Source of the DNA: Rhina ancylostomus
Lineage: Eukaryota
DNA length: 64,000 bases
NCBI GenBank assembly: GCA_030265395.1
Contig: JARFYF010000022.1
Span: 44,265,924 to 44,329,923, forward strand
Reading direction: 5' to 3'
The notes below the pieces were generated by a model. It was given only the letters and a program-made list of their open reading frames with translations, was not told the origin of the DNA and searched no databases. Each line of letters opens with the position of its first letter. Position 1 is the first letter of the stretch. Made by a program: the position numbers and the translations under genes. Shown one piece after another: positions 1-14,400 of this stretch.

Positions 1-1609
1 GATCTCCCCACCCTGACTCTTCCCACTCCCTCTCTCCCCACCTCCCCTCACTCCCCCTCACTCCCCCCTCCCCATCTTCCATTGGACCTTCCTTTTCCCC
101 CATTTTCACTCTTCCTGCCCCCCCCTTTGGACTGTTTAGCTTTCATTGTATCGCCCCTCCATTCTGGTGTTCTCCCTGGAATCTTTCTGTCCTTCCACCA
201 AACTTTTGGTTGTGTCAAGTTTCCTGATGTGGTATGGTGTCTGTAATTCTGAGGTCATGATTTTGCAATTATAATGTTGATTTTTTTTATCATGACAGTT
301 GAATTTTGTATGTGAAATTGTTGATGTCAACTAGAAATGTAATGTTGCAACCTGATCAATCTTTTATCAACTGGGCAATGAATCCTGTAATTTTATTTTG
401 CATGTTTTGTCTAACCTTCTAGTTTTCTGAAACTTGGCTCTATCATTGGAACATTTATTTTTTGATAACTTGTCTGTATATAATTTCCTAGGCTCTCTGT
501 TCCCACTTCTCAAGTAATACTGCATTGTAGCTGTTTCATCAGGTGTTGTCATTGCTTCCATTCTGATGTGGTGATGTCCATGAAACATACAGGGAAAACT
601 GTCAAATTGTGACATTGGCCAAAAAAGCTGACTTACAACATCAAAATTCAATAAAAGCCTACAACCAATTAATGTTTAAAAAATAATTATATTAGATGTT
701 GAGGTTTGATCATTTGTTTTGGGATCAGTATATTTTCTTGTGACACTGAAAAAAAATATAGTTCAGTAAATAAATCAAAAATTGAACAACTCATCGGGCA
801 GGCAGCATCTGAGGAGTAGCTAACAGAGTTAATGTCTTAGATTGATAACATCATCAAAAGTGGGAAAAGGAAGAGACAAAGTTTTAAGATGCAAGGAAAG
901 GCAGAGTGGGGGGATTGGAGGGAATACACTAAAGTTTAATAGAGTGAAAGATTAAATGAAAAAAGGGCTGATGGAGGAAGGTGACAAAGGAATTAATAAC
1001 AAAAGGCAGGTTTGAAGAAAATGTAAATAGATATTTGAATAAATATTTGAAATTACTGACAGTTTTAAAAAAAATGTTGGGAATATGAGTTATAAAGACT
1101 GGAATTGCTGATTCTCCGAAGTTATCGAAGTCATTAAGTTCAGACAGCTTTATTTTGCCTGGGCTGAGCTTCTAGTTGCCTGGCCTTTTAATCTTCCAAC
1201 TCGTACTCACTTGGACCACTTGTCTTTGGCTTCTTATACTCTTCCAATAAAGCCCAACACAAGTTCAAAGAACAAAATCTGTGCTGGCCACATCTAAGTC
1301 AACTCGGGTATAAGAATTTATAATTCTTTTAAGTTCTGCTGTTTGTTTCTTCATCTCCTTATAATCAGATTGGTTGTCTTGTCAGAGCCTTATAATCTTT
1401 AGTCCTGGGTCCTTCACTGAATTAGCTGATACTCATTGGCATGCTACAAATAGCAAATATTCTGGGCTGTGACTGAAAATTAGTCCGAGTAACCACAGTT
1501 AATTTTTACCTGGTGGGTTCTACGAACAGGGGTGGAATGTGGACCATTGATACGGCAGTGTTCATAATTGAACGTAATACAGTATCAACTCATTCTTGTG
1601 AATAGTCCA

Positions 1610-1792
1610 CTTTGCACTAAAATGGACTTTGTTTTTGTTCTAATTGTGTTCTTTCTTATAAAAAATGTGTATAATTTATGTTTAGTTTATGTTTGCTATG
1701 ATGCTATGTGACTGCGATGCTGCTGCAAGTAAGTTTTTCATTACATTTGTGCATACATGTGCATATGACAAAAAACTAGAGTTTGAATTTTG
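1610..1792 (+). mobile_element. LINE 3' tail remnant (Rex/Babar-like)
   Basis: gatgctgctgcaagtaagtttttcatt...catatgacaaaaaac resembles a recalled common elasmobranch LINE tail. Confidence 0.45.
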
Positions 1793-2318
1793 AATAATGG
1801 TCACATGCACATTTTTTTCTGGAGTCAACAACTCGGGAACAAGTCTTTTAATATATAGTGGATCACAAAGGGTTGCATGTTATGAGTTTTTATATTTTCT
1901 AGACAGTGTGCATTTCATAATCTAAACTGAATCAAGCTAGGTCTTTTGCACAGACACCCATGGTTCTTATGTATATTCTAAATCTTGTGCAGAAATGATG
2001 GGTATGCAGAATTTCATTTAACAGGAAATTGAACTGCAGCCTGTATTTTATGTTACCAAACAAGACGCGTTGCTTCAGAAACTATGCTAATACTGGTATT
2101 TAAATAAGGGAAAAGTCAACTTCCTGAGACCCCACCCCACCCATGTTCTTATTATTCACAGAATTTGTTATGATGATGTGCCTTATCCCAGGTGTAGAAA
2201 ACTGATTTACTAAAGTATGGAAGCTTGCTTAATTCATTTCAAACACGTTTTTGTCAGAACTGCACAACTAATAAATTATTGTTGTAAATCATTTTTACAG
2301 TTAAGAGAAGTATCAGCA

Positions 2319-2469
2319 ATGGCAACAGCCGATCTGTTAGTGGATTTACAGGATGATCTGGTGTCTGATGATGCTCCCAATACACTTGGAAAACTCAAAC
2401 TTTCTCCATTGGATGACAAGCCCTGGCCAGCAGAAAATGATGATGATGATGATGAAGATTTAAAGTCAG
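2319..2469 (+). CDS. ARHGAP1: RhoGAP coding exon 1 ([13 protein letters not shown]...DLKS); exon starts at 2301 after the acceptor
   Basis: Acceptor tttttacag ends at 2300, ATG at 2319, donor cag|gttagt after 2469. Resembles the ARHGAP1 N-terminus (LQDDL...LKL..DD/E..WP). Confidence 0.85.
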
Positions 2470-5400
2470 GTTAGTTTCCATTGTGGTGGAGTTTCTGCTC
2501 AGCACCAGGTTCAGTGTAAGCACTCAGAGTGCCCCTTTAGCAATTAGCAGAATTATAAATGTTAAATCTTATCCTAAAAAGATGGAAAGAGTTGTATAAT
2601 GGCAATAGTACAAAATGGCCAATTATAAATCAGTGAGACACAAGAGAGACTGCAAGTACTGGAAATCTGGAGCACAAAATGCTGGAGGAACTCAGCAAGT
2701 CAGGCAGCATATATGGAGGGAAATGAACAGTCAATGTTTCAGGTCGAGNNNNNNNNNNNNNNNNNNNNNNNNNNNNNNNNNNNNNNNNNNNNNNNNNNNN
2801 NNNNNNNNNNNNNNNNNNNNNNNNNNNNNNNNNNNNNNNNNNNNNNNNNNNNNNNNNNNNNNNNNNNNNNNNNNNNNNNNNNNNNNNNNNNNNNNNNNNN
2901 NNNNNNNNNNNNNNNNNNNNNNNNNNNNNNNNNNNNNNNNNNNNNNNNNNNNNNNNNNNNNNNNNNNNNNNNNNNNNNNNNNNNNNNNNNNNNNNNNNNN
3001 NNNNNNNNNNNNNNNNNNNNNNNNNNNNNNNNNNNNNNNNNNNNNNNNNNNNNNNNNNNNNNNNNNNNNNNNNNNNNNNNNNNNNNNNNNNNNNNNNNNN
3101 NNNNNNNNNNNNNNNNNNNNNNNNNNNNNNNNNNNNNNNNNNNNNNNNNNNNNNNNNNNNNNNNNNNNNNNNNNCTAATCTGTGTTTAGCCTCAACTTGG
3201 CAGTAGAGCAGGCGATGGACAGACATGTCAGTGTGGGAATGAGAAGTGGAATACAAAATTGGCCACTGGGAGATCCTGGCTGTTCCGGCAGATGGAGCGA
3301 AGATGCTCGACAAGTCGTCCCCCGCTGTCTGCATTGGGTCTCACTGATGCAGAGGAGGTTGCACCAGGCAGCAGTCCATTACACATTGTGCTTATTTATC
3401 TTTTCCATTGAAGTTGGAGAAGGCTGTTAATTTTTGAATTAAACTATTTATGCCCTTTGGCTTTAACCAAGTTCACTCATGGAATATTCAATATGTCACA
3501 AAAGACCACCAGCAAAATGATGATTACCTTCAATGATCACAACAAAAATATTGTTCTGTTGTTTGCTTTAGGTTTCTGGTTTTTGAACCCAGCAGTCACG
3601 TGGGCAATTGTCCTGCCCGTTGCAAAAGGCTGCCGTACTTGTCAAACAGTCTCTCTCCACAAGCCCTTACACTCCCCACAGTCTCTCCTGAGCCTGGGTA
3701 CCATCTATTATCTTACTGTCTGCTGTTCAAATCATTGTTTATCCTCCCAGACCTTTCAGTAATACACAATATTGGTTCTGAAATTAGAATATAATAGTAT
3801 GGACTTGATCTTTCTCCAAAAGGATTAAATCCTTAAGCAATTTCAATATCATCGGATTTCTGAACAGTCCATGAATCCATGAACACGACCTCATTATTCC
3901 CTTTTTTTGGGGTGCACTATTTATTTATTTTGGGAATTTATAGTAATTTTATGTCTTTTCACTGTACTGCTGCCACAAGACAATGCATTTCACATCATAT
4001 ATGTCAGGAGTAATAAATATAATTCTTACTCTAAGTTTTGTACCATATTTTCTCAGCCCCAGTGCTGTTGACACTAGTGTGCCTGATTTAGTTCTTCTCT
4101 ATGCATCATCACACAACTCTACAGTTTCCAGCTGGATGTTGCAAACCAAAGTAACATCCATTGTAGATTGTCACAGATATATTGCTCTGACCTCATATTG
4201 TCCAAGTTGTCTTCCCAAGTCAAGGCTCCTCAGACTGTCAATATAGCAGCAGCCAAATTCAGTAACTCCCATGTAACCACAATTATTTCTATGCCAAGCT
4301 TAGAAACCATAATCCAGCCTTAGGTGAAGACTTCATTCTCCAGGCTTAATCAGAACCTACCTCACTGTCCAATCTCATTTAAGTTTACAGACAGACTTAC
4401 CCAGTAGCAACTCTGTGGTTCTGTGGACTATATTCTTGTTGTCTTAGTCAGAAAATTGTGGCATGAAGTCCCACCCCAGACACATGAGCACAAAGATCTA
4501 GGGTAACCTTCCATTGCATCATAAAGGGAATACAACATTGTCAGAGGTGTCTTTTGAATGAGATGTTAAATTAAGGGCCTTTCTGCTCTTGGGTGAGCAT
4601 ATAAGATCCCATAGCACTATATAGATGAAAAGGAAAGTTCTCTCTTTATCCTGACTAATATTTATCCTTCAGCCAACATCATTAAAATAGATTATCCGGA
4701 CATTATCACATTGGATCTATGCGCATTTTGGGTGCCTATTTCCTGGATTGCATGTCTCATTCATAAAATACAATTTTATCTGTCTCGACTTGTCTTAAGG
4801 CCTTGAGAGGCGCTGCATAAACACAAATCTTTTTAAATCATCCACATACTTATTTGTGAACAGACATACATAAGCAAAGGCTTCATCTGCAGTTTAAGGT
4901 TAGTTAATGACCAAAATTTTGCCTGCTTCTAGAGGATCATCAGGCTGCAAGATGTACAATACATCTTGAATACTGCAAGATGTACAATACATAAGTTGGG
5001 CTTTGGCCTTCCAGTGATGTCTGTAGTTGATGGTTTACTTTCATCTTAAACACTTCTAACGGATGTCTAGATGCCCAGCAGCTTGGTAACCTCTGTGTAC
5101 ACAGGAACTTCTGTGATGACCCCACTTCCACAGGACAGTACCCAATGAAGAGTCAGTTCATTATTTGGAAGAGAAGACTAAGAGAAAAACAAACCTGAGG
5201 AAACTGTAGGGATTCAAGGAACTATCATAAACCAAGTTATTGATTAAACAACAGTGTTGTGGAGGGGAGGATAAGGAAGCTTTCACTGCATCGATTCATA
5301 CTTCACAGTTAGTTAGCCAGCCGCTCCAACCCACTCACAACTGTCAATCAGCAACAATATCTCCTCGAGAAGCAACTTTTGCTGAGTATGATTCAATGAG

Positions 5401-8400
5401 TGCCATTTGTGTTGGCTTACTAGTTTGTCATGAAGTGGATCAAATTAAGTCAAAGAAAATATGAAATAAAATGCACATGAAAATGATGAAGTACTTGTAC
5501 CAACTTTTCCAACAGTCAGCAATTAAAAATATTAACTCAATAAGACTGTTAGAGAAGTTTATTTGCAGTTTCCAGGAGTCTTCAAAGAACTCTGCACAAC
5601 TTAGCCTTAAGTCTCGTGCTTCATAATTCAACACCTAAAACATGATGAATTTTAACAGGTTCTCTGTTGTGGTTTTCTTCGAACTAAATGAATTGTTCCT
5701 AAGTAACCTTATTTTAATTGTTGTAGGGTTTCTATTTCATCTTTCATTCTGCTGTTGAAAGGGTTTCTCACTCCCTCCCTTTTGTAAAAATTAACTAATT
5801 AAGACAGGAGTTCAGAGGCTAATTTTGTCTATTGTGACATCATTAGCATGTATCTATCTCTGATTGGCTCTTTGGGCTGTCAGTCAGTCTTGAAGGCCAA
5901 TCCTATAATGTCACAAGGCCCTAAACTACCACCTACCAACCGTAGAATGCCATTTGACTGTATATTTTGTACCTGTTTACGCAAACTCTTCCTAAATAAG
6001 AAGAAAGGTAAGAAAAGTCATTTAATCTAATCTGTGGTCGTGTGAGAGACCAAAACAAAATTATGTTTGTAAGCCATCTCTGGCAGTTCCTTGGATCAAG
6101 AACGACTTGCTTCCTCTCCACCTCTGTAGCGTGTAAGATGGCTGAAGGGGCCAATGTGGAACCTGCGGCCTCTGGTACAGGTGGGTCAGGAGATGTTTGA
6201 TGGATAATTTGGGAGGTGGTCCACTATTTCCATCATGTATGTTGGGCTTTTTTTTGTGCACCTGAGAATGAACTCTGTTCTCAGTGCTGGCTCGAATGCT
6301 TCTCCCTTTTGGCCAGGGAATCTCATGAGTTGCTGGGTAGATTACATTATTTTAAGGAGGCTTTGAGAACATCCTTAACTCTTTTTCCCTGTACACCCAG
6401 TAATCTCTAGCCATGACAGAGCTCAGACTAGTGTCTGTTTTGGGAGTCTGGCTTTGACCTTGCACCCTGATTGAGACACGTAGGCAGGACGAGATGGCCA
6501 GTTCAATGAACAAGGTAGTGTGTACACCTTTTGGAAGAAGAACACCTCCTTCATGGGGTGGATTTTGCAAGGATGTACTAGCCTAGCATCTCAGGGATTA
6601 CCCTGTGGGACAAGTTAATGTGTCATGATCCCCTGGCTCACTTTAATGTGGTCATTCTGCAAATAGTAATGCTGGAAACCAGACGTGGCCAAGAAGGACA
6701 TGCACTGCATACTGGAGGGAGCTGTTGTCTTGACCGGTGAGATTTCTTCTGGGAATGATGGATCAAGGAGGAGAAAACTATGTTCAGAGTTCCTGATTCT
6801 TGTCTCCTGGAGGATGTCTATTCATTTTAGGAGGAGGAGAGCAGGACTGGATTTGTCTGTCCTGTGGTCAAATAGCCTGACACCTATAGTATTTTATGCA
6901 GTATAGTATTGAGGACTGCAAGTACCCAGAGACAATATGAATCATTTGTGGAAAAAAAAGTTTCTTTTAAAACATTGTGCCTTTATATAATCTAATGGAG
7001 CTAGAAAATCCAAATGGAAAATCAATTTTATCTTAGCTAGACCCTCTGCAACCTCTGTGCAGAATTAGTTATACTATTCTGAGGTGTAAAGTTTTCTAAA
7101 GAGGGGTAAAAACACTAAGGAAATTCCCCTCTAATCCTGGAAGGCAATCTTAACAAGTTCCAGGAAACTGCACAGAGTGATGTGACTCCTATTTCCTTAA
7201 GACACACAAAAAGAGGCTGTTTGGCTCATTGTATTTATGCCAGCTTTTGGAGCATTCGTATCAGTTTCATTCTCCCACTTACTTCCCTGTATCCTATTCT
7301 TCCTTACTTACTGATTGACTTCCCCTTGATTCCCCTGCCACGCGCCTACACTAGGGGTGACTTATGGAACCCAATTAACCTACCGGCATATCTCTAGGAT
7401 TTGTGAGGAAAGCAGAGTAATCAGAGAAAACTCGCGCAGTTATGGGGAAAATGTGCAAAAACCAGGCACAGTGCTTGAGGTCAAGATTGAAGCCAGGTTA
7501 CTGGAGCTGTGCAGCAGTCTAACAACTTGCTGCGCCAGTGTGCCATCCCACATTTCACTAACTTTCTAAAACATGAGGTTTCTTCCAACCTCAGGAAATA
7601 ACCCGATTGCTTCTAAACTTGTTTCTGATGAACTTTCTTCAGACTTTGTTTTCCTGCTGAAGATCAGGCAGAGGTTAGAATTACTCTTGTCTTGACTCGA
7701 TGTTTAAGATACTAGTAGTTCTTAAACTACTAATTATTAGTAGGTATTACCCATGTGGAGTCAGAGTTTAAGCTACTTCAAAGGTCCTTGCAATGATGTG
7801 TAAATGAGGAAGAAGTGCACATCAGCAATGACAGAACTTGTAGCTATATTTTTTTTGAGAGTTCTTGATCACTTCAAATGTTTTTCATAAAATTAAGTAA
7901 TTGGTTTTGGAATTTTATGTCCAGTCTTTTAAATGCCAAGAGCACCAAATAACTGATCAATTTATAAATGTGTTTAATCATTTGTCATTTGTACTGTTAT
8001 TGAGTAGAGGAACAGGCCCTTTGGCCCACCATGCCCATACTGCCCATTAAGTTCCCACCTGTACTAACCCAATTTAATTGCACTTGGACTGTCTTTTGTA
8101 CCTTGGTGATTCAAGTGCAAATGTCTACATTATTTTTATAATTATATATTTAAATGGTATAAAATGGTATACTATTTTTATACAAATTGTGTTGTTATAC
8201 AAATTGTATAAAAATGATTTCATTTTCCCCATATTATTTTTGTCCATTTACTTCACTGCCCAAAGGGTGCTGAATGCTGCGGTTCTGCAAATGAGATATG
8301 TATAACATCACATCATGACGTGGGAAGGTAAGAAATGTGTGCAGTTACATCACTGATAAGTCCAACAGACCTCCTCTCTATTAAATTCAAATTTCAAGAG

Positions 8401-11400
8401 AATATTAAGCGGGAAAAGCCAAGAACTCTCCAGGAGATGTCTAGAGTCTAAACTGATGGCTGTATGAATTCTACCTCTGTTTACTTATGCAACATGATAA
8501 ATACTTTGGTTTGGAGCACAGCACATCCTCTTTCATGTTGTAATAAAGCATATATTTACTGAAATGGAGATTTGACACAGCTAGTTTAAACATTAAGTAT
8601 TATCTTGATCTTAACCAGACAAAGAGTGCACACCTGAGGTTGTTGATCCTCCTCCAAATCTGAAGTGGGATGATCCGTTCTATGACATTGCAAGACGTCA
8701 AATTGTGGAGGTAGCAGGTGGGTGCTGTGCAATAGTTCTAATCTGTAAATATGTTAACCTGTTGATGCACAGGGTAAAAATGAACATGTATGTCCTTATC
8801 CTCGGGGAGCAAAGGAAGGGTAAGGAATACTCAGCAGGATCACTTTTGAGTTAACACTTTGTTTGTTGGGTTTTTAGTATTGAAATGAAGGAATATTAAT
8901 GAGCGCTCTTCTGGTAGTTTCTATCAGTAGTTGCAACCTGAACTGTAGAAATACAAATAACTGTCCTGCCTCTTTGTTATTTCCTAAGAGATAATCTTCT
9001 CTGCTGGAGTTCCAGTTTACCTTTGAGTGCATACAAGATTAAGGATGTTTCTTTTAAGAAAAAAAGATTCTTGCTGCAAATTCAAATTGCTGCATTATCT
9101 TCCTCCAAATATTTACTTGGTTAGTCAAGTATCTGATGTGGGCAGAAGCTTGCCTCAACCTTGAGTCTTCTAAACAAGATTTGGAGTCTGATTAACAGTC
9201 TGACAGGCTGTGATGATAATCCCACTTCCACGGCCATAACTAACATTGGTTGGACCTATATTATGAGAGTTTTATAGATCTCCTGCCTCACGTGTTTTAA
9301 ATTGTTTTGGCTAGAGGCTTGTCCTTCAGGTTGCAGCTGGGGAAAAGATATAAATTAAAATTAAATTAAATTAAATTTAAATTTTATTTACATCGTGGTA
9401 ATAGGCCCTTCCGGCCCAACAAGTCAGCTCCGCCCATTTTAAGATTTTGCAAAGAATTTCATGGAAGGTATAGGACAGAAATGGGTCATTCAAGCCCCTG
9501 GTCCATGCTGTTGTTAATGCGGCGTATAAGCCTCCTCCCAGCCGACTCTATCCATTCCGATCACATTGCTCCTCTATTCCAATTTCTCTCATTACTTGTG
9601 TAACTTCTCCCCAAATGAATCTCTTTGCTGAAACTTGAATATTTCTCCAGTTGTTAATAGTCTTAAATTGTTGCTATGCAATGTTTCTGTTAAGCAAGCC
9701 AGAGCAGCTTGGAGGATTTTGGTCGAGTCAGGATACTGGAAGTGAAGGTCAGAGTGTGTTATGCCTTAAAAATGTCTTTGCCTTTGAGACTTCAGTAAAT
9801 TAACAAGGCAGTAAGAAAACCTCAATATTTTGACACGTAGTGAAGTGCTCCGTAAACTGTTAACTGGGAAGCTGCACATTTCCTCAGCCTTAAGTTACTG
9901 GGGAAAGCACTGACTTTTTCCCAAATGAACTGACCTCTTAATTCTGTTCCTACAGGAGATGATAACTATGGTAGGAAGGTGATTGTGTTCAGTGCTTCTC
10001 GGATGCCTCCCAGTCACCAGTTGGACCACACAAAACTGCTTCAGTGAGTTTGCCAAAAGATTTCTAGTGTTATTTAGCTGTGTAAAACACCATTTCCTAA
10101 AGGGAAATAAAATGAATCAGGATTTCAGAATGCAATGAAATTGCACTTCCAGGGCCTCCCTTAGTGCAGTTTGCCAGCCAAGCATTATACTTGTGACCTG
10201 TAGGTGAGGGCACTGCAGAGGCTACTTATTGCAGTACACCTATAAATATTCTCTACCTGATCATTTCCCTGATCTCATTATACAAATGCTGCACACATTG
10301 GAATATCGGACCTTTTTGCATGAATAATGAATAATGAACCAATGCACCACCTCTATGGGCTCGCTCATTCCCTCCTCTGTAGTTTGGCTCTGTCCCTAAA
10401 CTGAGGTGAATGGAGGCAGGTTCCACTATAAATGGAGATTTTTTTTTTGCCAAGGCACATTCTGCTCAGAACGTTGAATTGGTGCTTGGCTTCATCCCGG
10501 TCATCACCAGCCTTTTTGAAAGTTTGGGACAGTACTGAGTTGCTTAACTAATGATGTTAGGGGTCAGAGATTAAAGTGAAGAGCTAGTGAAAAGACAAAA
10601 GAAAAATATTTGCAGGATAACTTCATTATTTCTGAAAACAAACCTCACCTTTGACTGCCCTGTATAAAAACTAACACACCCAGTTAACAATGTTGAGGAA
10701 TTTGGGGTTGGTCTGAGGGGAGTGACATTTTGACATTTCAACATTTCTCATGCATTGCTCGTTTTGTGTTTGTGGGCTTCGTGAGGCCCCAGCACTTAGC
10801 CTTGGTCTTATGTCGAATGGCTTCTTGCCTGAAGGTGGCTCGTGCTTGTAGCACCTTATCAGAGGAAAAAAATCTGTTGAGTAGAAGACTCAGTGGTGCT
10901 ACAATAATTACCCCATCATAAAATGAAATATGAGTAAGTGGTTGATTTAATGTTGGTGCTCCCTGAAAAGATGTTAATTGTTTTTTGAGAATTAATGATA
11001 CTCTTTGAGACAGTGAGCCAAATCTAAACGAACAGCAAGTTTCCTTATGACTGGGACCCTGACTGATGATTTTGGTGTAGAGAGTTGGATTTTTTTTTGA
11101 GAATTCTTTGAAGAGCCTAAGATGGTAGAGGGATCACACTCCCATTCTCAAAGTTGTACTGTTACCACTTTCTAAAGACATTGTTTGACCCGCTGTCAGG
11201 GTTAATCAACAAGTATCATCAGCTGCGTGATCCTGTAATAGCAACTCATGGCCATCGTTTAATCTTTAATCTCAGTTATTTTGGAAGTGTCTTCCACATT
11301 CCTGTTTGATCTGACTTTAAATCCCTGCAATTCACCCCTGAATTTTATTTCCCCATTTTATTTTCAACAACTTGCTAATGCCAGAAGACAGCCATAATTT

Positions 11401-14400
11401 TGGATATTTTAAGGTTAAGATTTGGTACTGCCCCGGTCAGAGCTGGCAGTTAAATGCTTTCTACTGTGCTTTAGAACTATTGAAATATCTCCCATTAGTG
11501 TTTAAAAAGAAGTAAGTATCTTGTTACTTTCTACATCAACCATCTAGTTGCTCCTTTGAAGTTGTCGCAAAGGGGCAGTTTTGGTGCTAGGAACCAAACC
11601 ATTTTATTGAAATGGTCCAGAATGATTTCCTAAGGCATCTTATATGGGATTTCCATTGGGTTTCAATGGTCTGCACTGTATTTCAGTTAAAAGACAGATG
11701 GTGCCTATGCAGAGTATTTTGTTTTGGTCTCAATCTTAAGTTCAATTGTGAAGCTCAGAGCATATTAATGAGTGCATTAATGCTTATGGTACTGGGTTTT
11801 GAGTAGTTCTGAGTTTGTTTTTCTTTCCATGTCACTAGATACTTGAAGCACACACTGGATAAATATGTTGAGAGTGACTACTCCGTTGTATACTTTCATT
11901 ACGGACTCACCAGTCAGAATAAACCTTCATTCAGCTGGTTGCTAGAAGCCTACAGGGAGTTTGACAGGAAGTAAGTGAGATAATGTGAGATCATTTTGAT
12001 GAAACTAGCACAATTGTCTCATGTGGACATGAATATAACTGTTGTGTGTCTGGGAATACTGATGTACCAAGTTCGGCAAGTGGATTCCTCCAGTTGTCTG
12101 ATCAAATTGAATTTGGCAAAATTAAATAGTGCATTCAGTAAGATTAGTTTGCACCTTTCATTCTTGCTATCTAAGGGTCCCTACCCAGACATTGGATTGG
12201 AGGGAAAAGATTGGGCAGTAGGTGTGGAAGGTACAGGTAAAGTTTACTGGGGTTTGGAGGTGATGTCTATGCAAAATGTTTTCTCATAAGCTGCTTTTAT
12301 TTCACATAATGTTTCATTGTATAATGTGGTGCTTCAAGAAAAAGGGTTCAGCTCAATTGGCTGCTTCAGTTAAGAACTAGTGCTGATCAGTAACAGTGTG
12401 AGGAGAAAGTTCAGCAGTTTGATCACATTTTCACATGTTTGTTCTCAATGTAGATTTCTGTGCTTTTGAAGGAAGCAGTCAATTGTGCTAAACATTTTGA
12501 ATTGCTCCAAGATAGTTGGCATCTACTTCAACAGGCAAAGCAGGATCTCATTTTAACATCTCAGCCTAAAGGCCATCATCTGACAGTGCAGGGCTTCCTC
12601 ACTACTGTTCTGCTGATAGCCTTGGTTACATGTTTACCTTTGTGATGTTAGTATCTCTGGGCATCAGAGAATAGTCAGTGAAAATTGGTCAGCAAGCTCG
12701 GGACTTCCATGTCTGTGTGGGAATCTAAATTAGATGGCCTTTACATTGCAAAATTCCCCAAAAAGTTCCAGCCCTGTGTTTGTGATCTGATGGGTGTCCC
12801 TTAATTTTAATGGATGGGAATCTATGAGCTGGTGGCGAGTGATTTTTTTTCAATATGTAGTAGAAATTTAATGCTTAAGGTATCACGGGAACTTGCTGAC
12901 AAAGGAGAAAGTGGCTGGCAGGGTGTGCAACTCATTAAAGGATTCATTTCTGGGATGAAACTTGACCCTGTGCCCTTTGACACAGTTGGGGACAATATTA
13001 TTGAACTAATTTAAAACTTGATAATAGTTCCATTTTTGCCTCTTCAAAATTATTGTACCGTACTTAATGAAACCAGATTCAAAGTTTAAAATACACTTGG
13101 ACTGCTCCACTGGCTTAGTTGTTGAAGACTATGACTGAAGCAAACAATTCAGAAACTCTTAGCCGGTATTACATTTGCTATTTTCCATAGAATGCGGCAA
13201 ATGATCTCGGTCACTGGATTAGGGAAGGGACTTTTTGTTTCCAGAAATGTCACAGAGAGAATTTGTAAATTCCACACAAACAGCACCGGAAGTCAGGATT
13301 GAACGAGGTATCAGTACTACTAGCTGTGCCATGAGGTGGAATGTTTTTACACAGCAAGTTGTCAGGGTTGCAGGAGGAGCAGATTCATTTGCAGAATTGA
13401 AACAGGAACTGGGTAGGCATCTTAAAGGAAAGAATTTGCAAGGCTATGGAGACAGGGCAGGAGAATGGGACAAGCTGTATTATTCTTAAATGCTGGTATA
13501 GACTTGATGGATTGAATAGTCTCTTGCCATGCTGTAACCATTCTATGATTTGCAAGGAGACTTGTGCATCGCCACAAAGTAAACCCTTCACAACAGATGG
13601 GCTGCCTGAACTTGGCCGAGATGTCCTCTGGGTCAAGAAGTGTTCTGCCAAGGCTTGCATATGAATGATATTTTCTGCACGGTACGGCACAGTAGCATAG
13701 TGGTTAGCTTTTACAGCAGCAGCGATCGGGGTTAAATTCCTGCTGCCGTCTGTAAGGAGTTTATACATTCTCCCCGTGACTGCATGGGTTTCTTCTGGGT
13801 GCTCCGGTTTTCTCCTACGTTCAAAAGATGGATGGGTGAGTAGGGTGTAATTGGGCGGTGTGGGCTTGTTGGGCCGGAAGGGCCTGTTACTCTGCTGTAT
13901 AAATAAAGTTTTAATGTATTCTTTCAAGTTAACTAAAGGCTACTCAGAGGAGTGTATTTTTTGTCGGGTTTCACCATGTGAAGCAAGTACACATTCTGAC
14001 ACTTTGTAGCAGGGACGTGTGGGGAGAAAACACATAGACTACTTGCCCACATCTCTCTGGAGTCTGAGATGACCTACCCCCTCCAAGCCCTCCCCACACC
14101 CAATAATAGCATGACTTTCTGTAGTATTCCCCTTCGATTACCTTTCATTTTCTACACTCCTAACTTCATGCCATCATATTTCTGATTTTGGAAATTCTGA
14201 ATGTGTCCTTTCGAAGCAGTATTGGTTGGTTCATGATTAGTTTTCTTCCAACTTGGTTTAAAAAAAACACTCAGAGGGTGTCCTTAGTCCAGATTCAACA
14301 CATCTAAAGGGTTAGAGATGAGATGAAGTTTTAATCAGCCTTGAACAAAAGAACTGACAAGGACTTTAAAGGCCAAATAAAAGAAATTGATGTTACTGGA

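Noticed and set aside
2217-2318. Upstream ATG extending the first exon (MEACLIHF...)
   Set aside because: It lies 5' of a clear acceptor at 2300 and has no family similarity, so it is probably intronic.
2615-3334. Long ORFs spanning N runs (also 26402-26773, 46508-47073, 58856-59053)
   Set aside because: They stay open only because of Ns or microsatellites; the real signal near 3.2 kb is a decayed Penelope endonuclease.
13683-13745. tRNA gene
   Set aside because: The A/B boxes belong to a SINE head; there is no full cloverleaf and a V-domain follows.
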